A program made the position numbers and the translations under genes. The notes under the pieces were generated by a model, which ran no database searches, was not told the origin of the DNA, and saw nothing but the letters and a program-made list of their open reading frames with translations. From NCBI GenBank assembly GCA_963623875.1, contig CAVFNL010000041.1, forward strand, positions 14,205 through 78,204: a stretch of 64,000 nucleotides of DNA, in the 5' to 3' direction. Below are positions 25,574 through 35,650 of this stretch, piece by piece (positions within the stretch are counted from its first letter, which is position 1; every line of letters starts with the position of its first letter). Source of the stretch: Parabacteroides distasonis. Lineage in GTDB: Bacteria; Bacillota_I; Bacilli_A; Acholeplasmatales; Anaeroplasmataceae.

Positions 25574-25997
25574 GTTAAATATAATTTCAATCATCACGGT
25601 ACCTATTTGTTGGACTATAGGCTTGATTGTAGGTCTCATCTTTTGGTTTTGTTTAAAGGATTCTATGCATAAAGTATGGACATTATCCTTTGTACTTGGA
25701 TTGGTTACAGCACTATTAAATCTAGGACTCATGGTATCGTGGGGACATGGATTTATACGTGAGGTAAATAAAGCGGATGGAGCTCCCGTTAGACGTTCAA
25801 TTTTATCATATTTGGTAAGGCTATTAATTGCTGGATTAATATTTGCTTTTATCATTTACGACCAAGCGTCTTCAAAGACCCCAAGATTTAATGTAATACC
25901 TGCACTTATTGGCTATTTAGTAGTAAAGGTTGTGTTTATTATAGTAAGTCTTGTAATAAATCTTAATAAAAAAGAGCAAGGGAAGGTGGACGCGTGA
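25560..25997 (+). CDS. atpI: ATP synthase protein I
   Basis: Position before atpB, four hydrophobic helices. GGTGA SD then ATG 25560 (in-frame alternatives at 25548 and 25554). Ends in a TGA that overlaps the atpB GTG. Confidence 0.65.
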   Translation: MKNNKLNIISIITVPICWTIGLIVGLIFWFCLKDSMHKVWTLSFVLGLVTALLNLGLMVSWGHGFIREVNKADGAPVRRSILSYLVRLLIAGLIFAFIIYDQASSKTPRFNVIPALIGYLVVKVVFIIVSLVINLNKKEQGKVDA

Positions 25998-26704
25998 TAT
26001 TAACATCTTGGTTTAAAAATGCGTATGACTACTTGCGTGATGATTTTTCTGGGCAGGTTAAATCTTTAATAGGAATTACAATTGTATTGATTATAGTTTC
26101 TATTATATTAGGTCACTTTATAAAGAAAGTTGATCCTGCAAAGAAAACGCCATTATGGCTTGTGCCACTTATATTTATAGTCGATTTAATAAATACATTT
26201 ACTAAATCAAATATAGGTAAAAGATGGAAAGCATACGCACCTTATTTCTTAGCTTTAGCAATTTATTTGTTTGTGGCTAATACATGCGGTATATTTGCGA
26301 TGGATAACCCAACATCATATATCGTATTAAACTTTGGTTTGGCCTTGATTACATTTTTCATGGTACAAATCACAGGTATTGTTTCACAAGGACTATTAGG
26401 ATATCTTAAAGGATTCATTGGGCCAGTTAAACCAATGGCATTCATTATGATACCAATCAATATAGTTTCTGAGTTGACATTACCTATTTCAATGAGTTTA
26501 CGTATACTAGGAAATATTTTATCGGGTGCAGTATTTGGAATGATGCTTAAGGGGTTATTGACCTGGGCAGCTATACCAATATTACCAGCATTTAATTTGA
26601 TTTTTGATATTGCATTCGGATTAATTCAATGCTTCGTATTCGTAATATTAACAATTATCAACACATCTCAAAAAGTTGATGACAAAGAAAAAATATATAG
26701 TTAG
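25994..26704 (+). CDS. atpB: F0F1 ATP synthase subunit a
   Basis: GTG start after GGAAGGTGGA. Contains the conserved [11 protein letters not shown] arginine motif. Confidence 0.9.
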   Translation: MILTSWFKNAYDYLRDDFSGQVKSLIGITIVLIIVSIILGHFIKKVDPAKKTPLWLVPLIFIVDLINTFTKSNIGKRWKAYAPYFLALAIYLFVANTCGIFAMDNPTSYIVLNFGLALITFFMVQITGIVSQGLLGYLKGFIGPVKPMAFIMIPINIVSELTLPISMSLRILGNILSGAVFGMMLKGLLTWAAIPILPAFNLIFDIAFGLIQCFVFVILTIINTSQKVDDKEKIYS

Positions 26705-26718
26705 AGGAGAAAATTAAC

Positions 26719-26994
26719 ATGATTCAAACATTATTATCATTATTAACAACAATTTTTGCAGTAGACGGAAGTATTGCGTCTGGTCTTGCATATCTAGGAG
26801 CTGGTATTGCAGTTCTTACAGGATTTGGTTCAGGTATTGGAGAAGGTATGGCCGCAGCTAAGGCTGTAGAAGCTGTAGGAAGACAACCTGAAGCATCAGG
26901 AAAAATCACAGTAACAATGATTATCGGTTGTGCAATAGCTGAAACAACAGGACTTTATGGATTAATCATTGCCTTCATGTTATTAGCAAAATAA
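26719..26994 (+). CDS. atpE: F0F1 ATP synthase subunit c (Na+-type two-carboxylate motif)
   Basis: Hairpin protein [25 protein letters not shown]...[15 protein letters not shown]. Confidence 0.93.
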   Translation: MIQTLLSLLTTIFAVDGSIASGLAYLGAGIAVLTGFGSGIGEGMAAAKAVEAVGRQPEASGKITVTMIIGCAIAETTGLYGLIIAFMLLAK

Positions 26995-27033
26995 TAAAGA
27001 AATAAAAATATAAAAACATTAAGGAGGTAACAT

Positions 27034-27597
27034 ATGATTTTAAGTATGAGTAAAGTTCTTCAAGATGTAGCCGATTTTGTAGATAGATGCTTAGGACCTC
27101 TAGGATCATCTGGTTTTGGTTGGAATACATTAAGAGATATAATAATTCAACTTTGCGCAACTTTAATATTATTTATTGTTATCCGTGTATTTATTTGGAA
27201 GAGAGTTACTAATATTTTAGAGGCTAGAAGAGCTGCGATTGATAAGGAATTAGTAGAAGCTAAAGAATCTAATCGTAAAGCAAGACTTCTTGCGATTGAA
27301 AATGAAGAAAAGCTTGAAGCTGCTGAAAAACAAATCAAAGAAATGCTTGATAAAGCTGAAAAAGATGCGAACATTCGCCGTGAAGAAATAATTAATAACG
27401 CTAAAGAAGAAGCTCACAGAAGACTTGTTAATGTTGAACAAGAAATTGAACAAGAAGTTCTTCAAAAGAATGCTGAAATTCATAAACAAATCGTTGATAT
27501 TGCTATGCTAGCGGCAGAGAAGATTGTTGAACATGAAGTTGATCAAAATAAATATATTGATATAGTAAATAAAATAATTGAGGAGGCTGGCAAATAA
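27034..27597 (+). CDS. atpF: F0F1 ATP synthase subunit b
   Basis: AAGGAGG SD. One N-terminal TM, then a long charged coiled-coil. Operon position. Confidence 0.88.
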   Translation: MILSMSKVLQDVADFVDRCLGPLGSSGFGWNTLRDIIIQLCATLILFIVIRVFIWKRVTNILEARRAAIDKELVEAKESNRKARLLAIENEEKLEAAEKQIKEMLDKAEKDANIRREEIINNAKEEAHRRLVNVEQEIEQEVLQKNAEIHKQIVDIAMLAAEKIVEHEVDQNKYIDIVNKIIEEAGK

Positions 27598-28106
27598 TGG
27601 TAGAGGCTGAGTACGCAAAAGCACTATTTGAACTTGCTAGCACTGATAAAGAAGAAATTAAAGAGGAGTTAGAAATTTTTATAGATGCTTTAGACGAAAA
27701 TAAAGAAATTTATCAAATATTTGATGCTCCAAGTATAAATAATAAAGATAAAAAGGATATTATCACTAAAGTTACAAAAGGATTTAATGATACGTTAGTT
27801 AGATTTTTATATGTTCTTGTAGATAACGGAAGACTTATAAATATTAAAGATATAACTGAAGAATATAAATTACTTTTAAATGATAGTATGAAAGCTGTAG
27901 ATGTAAATGTTACATCTAAAAATGCATTAGATGATATTCAATTAAATAAATTAAATGACCTACTTTCTACTAAACTAGGAAGAAAGGTTAACATTATAAA
28001 TATAGTGGATGATAATTTGATTGGTGGAATCAAATGCGAATATGATGGGAAATTAATTGATCTATCAGTTCGTGGTAAATTAAATCAAATTAAAAATTTA
28101 CTATAA
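27597..28106 (+). CDS. atpH: F0F1 ATP synthase subunit delta
   Basis: OSCP-like sequence (YAKALFELA...) and operon position between b and alpha. Confidence 0.88.
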   Translation: MVEAEYAKALFELASTDKEEIKEELEIFIDALDENKEIYQIFDAPSINNKDKKDIITKVTKGFNDTLVRFLYVLVDNGRLINIKDITEEYKLLLNDSMKAVDVNVTSKNALDDIQLNKLNDLLSTKLGRKVNIINIVDDNLIGGIKCEYDGKLIDLSVRGKLNQIKNLL

Positions 28107-28121
28107 GAGAGGATTGAACTT

Positions 28122-29630
28122 ATGAGTAAAATTAATCTATCTGAAATCTCTAGTTTAATTAAACAACAAATTGAATCATATAAAGATGAAATCAAAACTG
28201 AAACAGTTGGAACTGTTGTAGAAGTAGGAGATGGAATTGCACTTGTTCATGGTCTTGATAACGCAATGCAATCAGAACTACTATTATTTCCAAATGATGT
28301 ATATGGAATGGTTCAAAATCTTAACCTTGATTCAGTAGGTGTTATATTATTAGGAGATTCTTCACTAGTACGTGAAGGAGATATAGTAAAATGTACTGGA
28401 AGAATTCTTGAAATTCCAGTAGGAGACAATTTTATCGGACGTGTAATAAACCCACTAGGACAACCACTAGATGGTAAGGGTGCTATAAAAGCTGAAACAT
28501 TTAGACCAATAGAGAAAAAAGCTACTGGTGTTATGGAACGTCAATCAGTTAACGTACCACTTCAAACAGGTATAAAAGTTCTAGATGCGCTAGTTCCAAT
28601 TGGAAGAGGACAACGTGAATTAATTATAGGAGATAGACAAACAGGTAAAACATCTATTGCGATTGATACAATCATCAACCAAAAAGGAAAAGATGTTATT
28701 TGTATTTATGTGGCAATAGGGCAAAAGGAATCATCTGTTTCATCAATCTATGAGACATTAAAGAAATATGGAGCAATGGATTATTCAATAATTGTTGATG
28801 CTTCTGCATCTAATCCAGGACCTCTATTATATCTTGCACCATATGCCGGAGTAACTCTTGGAGAGCATTTTATGTTTAAAGGAAAAGATGTATTAGTTGT
28901 ATATGATGACCTTACAAAACATGCCGTTGCATATCGTGAACTTTCATTACTATTAAAGAGAGCACCAGGACGTGAAGCTTATCCAGGAGATGTATTCTAT
29001 CTACATTCGCGTTTATTAGAGCGTGCCGCAAGACTTTCTAAGGAATTAGGAGGAGGGTCTATTACAGCTCTTCCTATTATTGAAACACAAGCTGGAGATA
29101 TCTCTGCATATATTCCTACTAATGTAATTTCAATTACTGATGGACAAATATATTTACAATCAGATTATTTCTATAAGGGAATAAGACCAGCAATTAATGC
29201 CGGACTTTCTGTATCACGTGTTGGTGGTGCTGCTCAAACTAAAGCTATTAAGAAGGTATCAGGTACATTAAGACTAGACCTTGCATCGTATCGTGAATTA
29301 GAGTCATTCTCACAATTTGGTTCAGATATTGATCCTTCTACAAAAGCTAGACTAGATCGTGGAGAAAGAACAGTAGAAATATTAAAACAAGGACTTCATG
29401 AAACAATTCCTATGGCTAATGAAGCAGTAATTCTTTATTGCTTAACAAAAGGATTCTTAGATAATATTGAAGTTTCTAATATTCTTAATTTTGAAAAAGA
29501 ATTATATCGTCAATTAGACATCACTGAAGAAGGTAAAGAAATTGTTAATTATATTAATGAAAACAAAGTATTACCTGATGCAGAAAAACTTGATAGTTTT
29601 ATAAAGAAAACTAAGAAGATGTTTAGATAA
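28122..29630 (+). CDS. atpA: F0F1 ATP synthase subunit alpha
   Basis: GDRQTGKT Walker A plus [22 protein letters not shown] and other alpha signatures. Confidence 0.97.
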   Translation: MSKINLSEISSLIKQQIESYKDEIKTETVGTVVEVGDGIALVHGLDNAMQSELLLFPNDVYGMVQNLNLDSVGVILLGDSSLVREGDIVKCTGRILEIPVGDNFIGRVINPLGQPLDGKGAIKAETFRPIEKKATGVMERQSVNVPLQTGIKVLDALVPIGRGQRELIIGDRQTGKTSIAIDTIINQKGKDVICIYVAIGQKESSVSSIYETLKKYGAMDYSIIVDASASNPGPLLYLAPYAGVTLGEHFMFKGKDVLVVYDDLTKHAVAYRELSLLLKRAPGREAYPGDVFYLHSRLLERAARLSKELGGGSITALPIIETQAGDISAYIPTNVISITDGQIYLQSDYFYKGIRPAINAGLSVSRVGGAAQTKAIKKVSGTLRLDLASYRELESFSQFGSDIDPSTKARLDRGERTVEILKQGLHETIPMANEAVILYCLTKGFLDNIEVSNILNFEKELYRQLDITEEGKEIVNYINENKVLPDAEKLDSFIKKTKKMFR

Positions 29631-29645
29631 GGAGTGTGAAATTAT

Positions 29646-31978
<2,333 letters not shown>

Positions 31979-31990
31979 AGGAGGCGTCGT

Positions 31991-32380
31991 ATGAAGTTTT
32001 TAGTATCAACTCACCAAGGACAATTATATGATGAAGAACTAGATTATGTTATTGTACATTTGAGTGATAACGAGTTTGCAATCTTAAAAGACCATATTCC
32101 ACTTGTTTGTGTAATTCCTGATGGATACATTAAAATGGTACTTGGTACTGAAGAATTATACTTGGCATTATCTAATGGATTCCTTGAATTCAAAAATAAT
32201 GTTGTAACAATCATTGCTCAAGAAGCGCATGTTGGTAAGAGCGAACAAAGCGCAAGAGAACAATTAGAGCAAATAAGAAAAGACCGCTTAGAACTTAATC
32301 GTAAGGATGAAGGAGATTTCACAAAACAAGAACTTGATCTTGCAGAAAATCTTAAAAAAGCTAAAGCAGGTAGTATTTAA
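31991..32380 (+). CDS. atpC: F0F1 ATP synthase subunit epsilon
   Basis: Size, operon position, and beta-sandwich plus helical C-terminus pattern. Confidence 0.88.
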   Translation: MKFLVSTHQGQLYDEELDYVIVHLSDNEFAILKDHIPLVCVIPDGYIKMVLGTEELYLALSNGFLEFKNNVVTIIAQEAHVGKSEQSAREQLEQIRKDRLELNRKDEGDFTKQELDLAENLKKAKAGSI

Positions 32381-32386
32381 AAAAAT

Positions 32387-32418
32387 ATGTGGTACTTTAT
32401 GGTGCCACATTTTATTTT
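32387..32418 (+). terminator. atp operon terminator
   Basis: ATGTGGTAC (32387-32395) / GTGCCACAT (32402-32410) stem with one G-U pair, then TTTATTTT. Confidence 0.65.
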
Positions 32419-32508
32419 CTAAAAAACATAATATTTTGCGATGTCATTTGTATATAAATTTCTTTTATTATTTAAAAAAATATAATATAATTTTTAAGAG
32501 GTGGTTAT

Positions 32509-32715
32509 ATGGAAGCAATCATTTATGCAACAATGCTTGCACTATTCTTTGGGTTATCATTTTATATATTAAGAGCAACAAGAATAGAAGAAGCATTTAA
32601 AAAAGGACATGTAACAGAAATAAGAATTGCTTATTTTGTTTTATCTTTTATAATTGCATTCCTACTAACAGAATTAGTATCAAAACTTATTTCTTTTGCA
32701 AATATTAATCTATAG
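32509..32715 (+). CDS. ywzB: DUF1146/YwzB-like small two-TM membrane protein
   Basis: AAGAGGTGG SD. 68 aa with two helices, immediately downstream of atpC as ywzB is in Bacillus. Confidence 0.65.
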   Translation: MEAIIYATMLALFFGLSFYILRATRIEEAFKKGHVTEIRIAYFVLSFIIAFLLTELVSKLISFANINL

Positions 32716-33319
32716 GGGCAAGAATGGAGTAAGGCATTGATTCTTCTATTAGAGCTTTACCACGCGATATACTATTAATTGTATCAATGATGGAATCTTT
32801 TATTTCTTTAGGATATGCAAGAGTTAGTGTTATAACCTCTTGAAAAGAAGTATCAAGAATTTTTATATTTTTGATATTTAAGAGCTGATTATATGCAGAA
32901 TAATCAAGTCGTACAATGAGAGTGTTTAATTCTTTCTTCTCTAAAAAAGCAGCTTTTCTAAGACACTCAGCACAAGAATCACTATATGCTCTTACAAGTC
33001 CTCCTGCGCCTAAAAGAATTCCTCCAAAATATCTTGTGACAATACACAAAACGTTAGTCACATTATTCTTTTTTAATACATCAAGTATAGGAACACCTGC
33101 AGTCTTTGATGGTTCACCATCATCACTGCATTTTTGTATGGACATATCATCACCTAAAATATATGCATAACAGTTGTGAGTTGCGTCATAATATTTTTTT
33201 CTTGTAGAAGATAAAATATTATTAACGTCATCTAAGGATGAGACACTATATATAGACGTTATAAAACGCGATTTTTGAATAATAATTTCATTTTGGTATG
33301 TTTTATCAATATACTTCAT
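32705..33319 (-). CDS. yigZ: YigZ/IMPACT-family protein (UPF0029)
   Basis: KSRFITSIY, ATHNCYAYILG, CSDDGEPSKTAGVPIL and TRYFGGILLGAGGLVRAY motifs. ATG 33319 after GAAGG (the ORF track starts at TTG 33328). Confidence 0.85.
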   Translation of the reverse strand: MKYIDKTYQNEIIIQKSRFITSIYSVSSLDDVNNILSSTRKKYYDATHNCYAYILGDDMSIQKCSDDGEPSKTAGVPILDVLKKNNVTNVLCIVTRYFGGILLGAGGLVRAYSDSCAECLRKAAFLEKKELNTLIVRLDYSAYNQLLNIKNIKILDTSFQEVITLTLAYPKEIKDSIIDTINSISRGKALIEESMPYSILAPID

Positions 33320-33371
33320 AATTATCAACCTTCAAAAAATATTATATCATTAAAAATAATTTATAAAAACA

Positions 33372-33400
33372 TTGAATAAAAATATATAGTTTGATATAAT
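33372..33400 (+). promoter_or_regulatory. strong extended -10 promoter for the cca-yhaM fusion gene
   Basis: TTGAAT (33372-33377), 17 nt spacer, TATAAT (33395-33400), preceded by TGa. Confidence 0.6.
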
Positions 33401-33513
33401 TTAATCGTAATAAAAAAGTGGCTTTAATCGAATATTATTAATTTTAAAGACACATAAATATATTTATTAGGGAAATGTGTTTGCATTTCTTTTTGCTTTT
33501 TATAGGAGATTTC

Positions 33514-35541
33514 ATGATACCAGATAATGTAGTAAAAGTTTTAAAAAAATTAATAGATAATGGTTTTGAAGCATACATTGTTGGTGGATATGTGCGTGAT
33601 AGTTTATTAAACATCCCTTCGTATGATATAGATATTACGACTAATGCTTCTGTAGAAGAAATAAAAAACTTATTTAATATTATAGATAATGGCTCTAAAT
33701 ATTTATCAGTCACAATTGCTGAGGGAGACTATAAATATGAAATTACAACATATAGAAAAGATATAGAATATCTTGATCATCGCCATCCGGTAAGCGTTGT
33801 AGCCTTAAGCCTTGATGAAGATTTAGTAAGAAGAGATTTTACAATAAATGCATTAGTACTTGATATTAATGAGAATGTTATTGATAAGCATAATGGTATT
33901 TATGATTTAGAAAATAAAATAATAAGAACAATAAAAGATCCGTATAAAAGATTTGATGAAGATGCTTTAAGAATTCTTAGAGGGATATATTTAAAATCAA
34001 AGCTTGGTTTTAATTTCGATGAAGAGACATATGATGCTTTATGCGATAAAGCACATTTGGTAAACAATTTATCTGGTCTAAGAAAGAAACAAGAATTATT
34101 TAAAATGATTAGATATAATAAAGATAATTCCTACATTGAATTGTTTATAAAAACAGGAATTATTAATTATTATGATTCTTTAAAAGAAGGTTTATTATAT
34201 TTATATAATAATCATATTGTATTAAATGATATTAATATTGTTCTAGGGATTTGCTTTAAGTTATCATCAAAAATTGAAAAGAAATATGAATATGATGATT
34301 TTTTAAAGAATTTATTTAAATATATTAAAACAATAGATTTTACTGATTTGTATACACTATATGATGTGCCACTTGATATAGTAAAAACTATAAATGAAGT
34401 AAACAAATATTTAAATAGTTATTATATAAAAGATATAGATGAGTTTTATTCTAATCTTAAATTAAAAAATGACAAAGAACTAATGATTTCATCAACTGAT
34501 TTGATGGAAGTAGTTGATAAAAAAGAAATATCAATAGTAAAAGAAAAATTAATTAGAGCGGTACTTGATGGTGCAGTTTTGAATAATAAAGATGATTTAA
34601 TGAAATACATAAAAAATGGTGAGATTATGGAAGAAGTTATAAAAAGTGTAATATATGCAAAAATAGATCAAATTATGAACTCTAAATCAATAGTTAATTT
34701 AATTGTTACACTAGATGATAAATCAAAATTCAATTTAAAAATTGAAGATGAAAGAGCTAAAGAATTAGACTTAAATTGTATATATGAATTTGAAATTGCA
34801 AAAAATTCAAATTCTGATAAGTTAAGTGCCTATGTTGTATCATATAGACATATTACAGAATTGGATGATGTTGAGTTAAAAAATAGTGTATATAGAAAGT
34901 TTATGCAAGGTTCTGCAATTGATTATAAAGAATTAAAAAGTGGTATTGAATCCTATATAAAAAAAATAGAATCAAAAGTACTTTATGATATAGTTCAAAC
35001 TATAATTTCTAAGTACGAAAATGATTTCTATTTATATCCAGCTGCTTCAAAACTACATCATGCGTATGTAGGAGGGCTTGCATATCACACATTAGGTATG
35101 CTTGAAGTAGCTGATAAAATGTTAATGTGTTATAAATATTTAGATAAAGATTTACTGTTATCCGGGGTAATATTGCATGATATTGGAAAAGTGATTGAGT
35201 TTAGTGGGGTTGAGAACACTGAGTATGCATTGAAAGGACAGCTACTTGGTCATTTATTAATAGGTTGTGATATTATTAAGGAGGTATGTATTAAATTAGG
35301 TTATAATGACGATCAAGAAGAAGTCCTAATGTTATTGCATATGGTTGCGTCCCATCATGGTCTTCCTCAATATGGGACAATAAAAAGACCATGCACTGCT
35401 GAAAGCGCAATGCTATGGTATGTAGATACTATTGATTCTAAATTTAGAGTTTTAGGTGAAGAACTAGGTAAAATAGAAGCGGGAGAATTTACAGAACCTA
35501 TTGGTGTTATGGACAGGGTGAAATTTTATAAGCATAAATAA
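33514..35541 (+). CDS. cca: fusion protein: class II CCA-adding tRNA nucleotidyltransferase (N-terminal) plus YhaM-type OB-fold/HD 3'-5' exoribonuclease (C-terminal)
   Basis: AGGAG SD then ATG 33514. N-terminal part: GGYVRDSLLN..YDIDITT and RRDFTINAL. C-terminal part: LHHAYVGGLAYHTLGM, ILHDIGKVIE, GHLLIG and ASHHGLPQYGTIKRP, co-linear with B. subtilis YhaM. Confidence 0.85.
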   Translation: MIPDNVVKVLKKLIDNGFEAYIVGGYVRDSLLNIPSYDIDITTNASVEEIKNLFNIIDNGSKYLSVTIAEGDYKYEITTYRKDIEYLDHRHPVSVVALSLDEDLVRRDFTINALVLDINENVIDKHNGIYDLENKIIRTIKDPYKRFDEDALRILRGIYLKSKLGFNFDEETYDALCDKAHLVNNLSGLRKKQELFKMIRYNKDNSYIELFIKTGIINYYDSLKEGLLYLYNNHIVLNDINIVLGICFKLSSKIEKKYEYDDFLKNLFKYIKTIDFTDLYTLYDVPLDIVKTINEVNKYLNSYYIKDIDEFYSNLKLKNDKELMISSTDLMEVVDKKEISIVKEKLIRAVLDGAVLNNKDDLMKYIKNGEIMEEVIKSVIYAKIDQIMNSKSIVNLIVTLDDKSKFNLKIEDERAKELDLNCIYEFEIAKNSNSDKLSAYVVSYRHITELDDVELKNSVYRKFMQGSAIDYKELKSGIESYIKKIESKVLYDIVQTIISKYENDFYLYPAASKLHHAYVGGLAYHTLGMLEVADKMLMCYKYLDKDLLLSGVILHDIGKVIEFSGVENTEYALKGQLLGHLLIGCDIIKEVCIKLGYNDDQEEVLMLLHMVASHHGLPQYGTIKRPCTAESAMLWYVDTIDSKFRVLGEELGKIEAGEFTEPIGVMDRVKFYKHK

Positions 35542-35571
35542 CATAGACTTGAAATACACAAATGCTACAAC

Positions 35572-35600
35572 TTGATTTTTGATTTATCTAATGATAATAT
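35572..35600 (+). promoter_or_regulatory. extended -10 promoter for the lipoprotein pair
   Basis: TTGATT (35572-35577), 17 nt spacer, TAATAT (35595-35600), with TGa. Confidence 0.55.
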
Positions 35601-35650
35601 ATAGTATGCGTGATTTTAAGATTTTGAGGAAAAAGGAGTAAAATTTTTCT

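Noticed and set aside
25457-25855. 132-aa minus-strand ORF.
   Set aside because: Antisense to atpZ-like/atpI. The operon context supports the plus-strand genes.
32307-32600. 97-aa plus-strand ORF bridging the end of atpC and the start of the ywzB-like gene.
   Set aside because: It overlaps the atpC coding end, runs through the atp terminator hairpin (32387-32418), and has a basic low-complexity sequence. The ywzB-like ORF with a strong SD explains the region.
33401-33513. About 110-nt leader of the cca-yhaM gene, with a repeated TTTAATCG motif and a GACACAT/ATGTGTT hairpin followed by T-rich sequence, as a riboswitch or attenuator.
   Set aside because: The stem is only 6-7 bp with a ~20-nt loop, and no known riboswitch core motif was recognised. 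The support is too weak.
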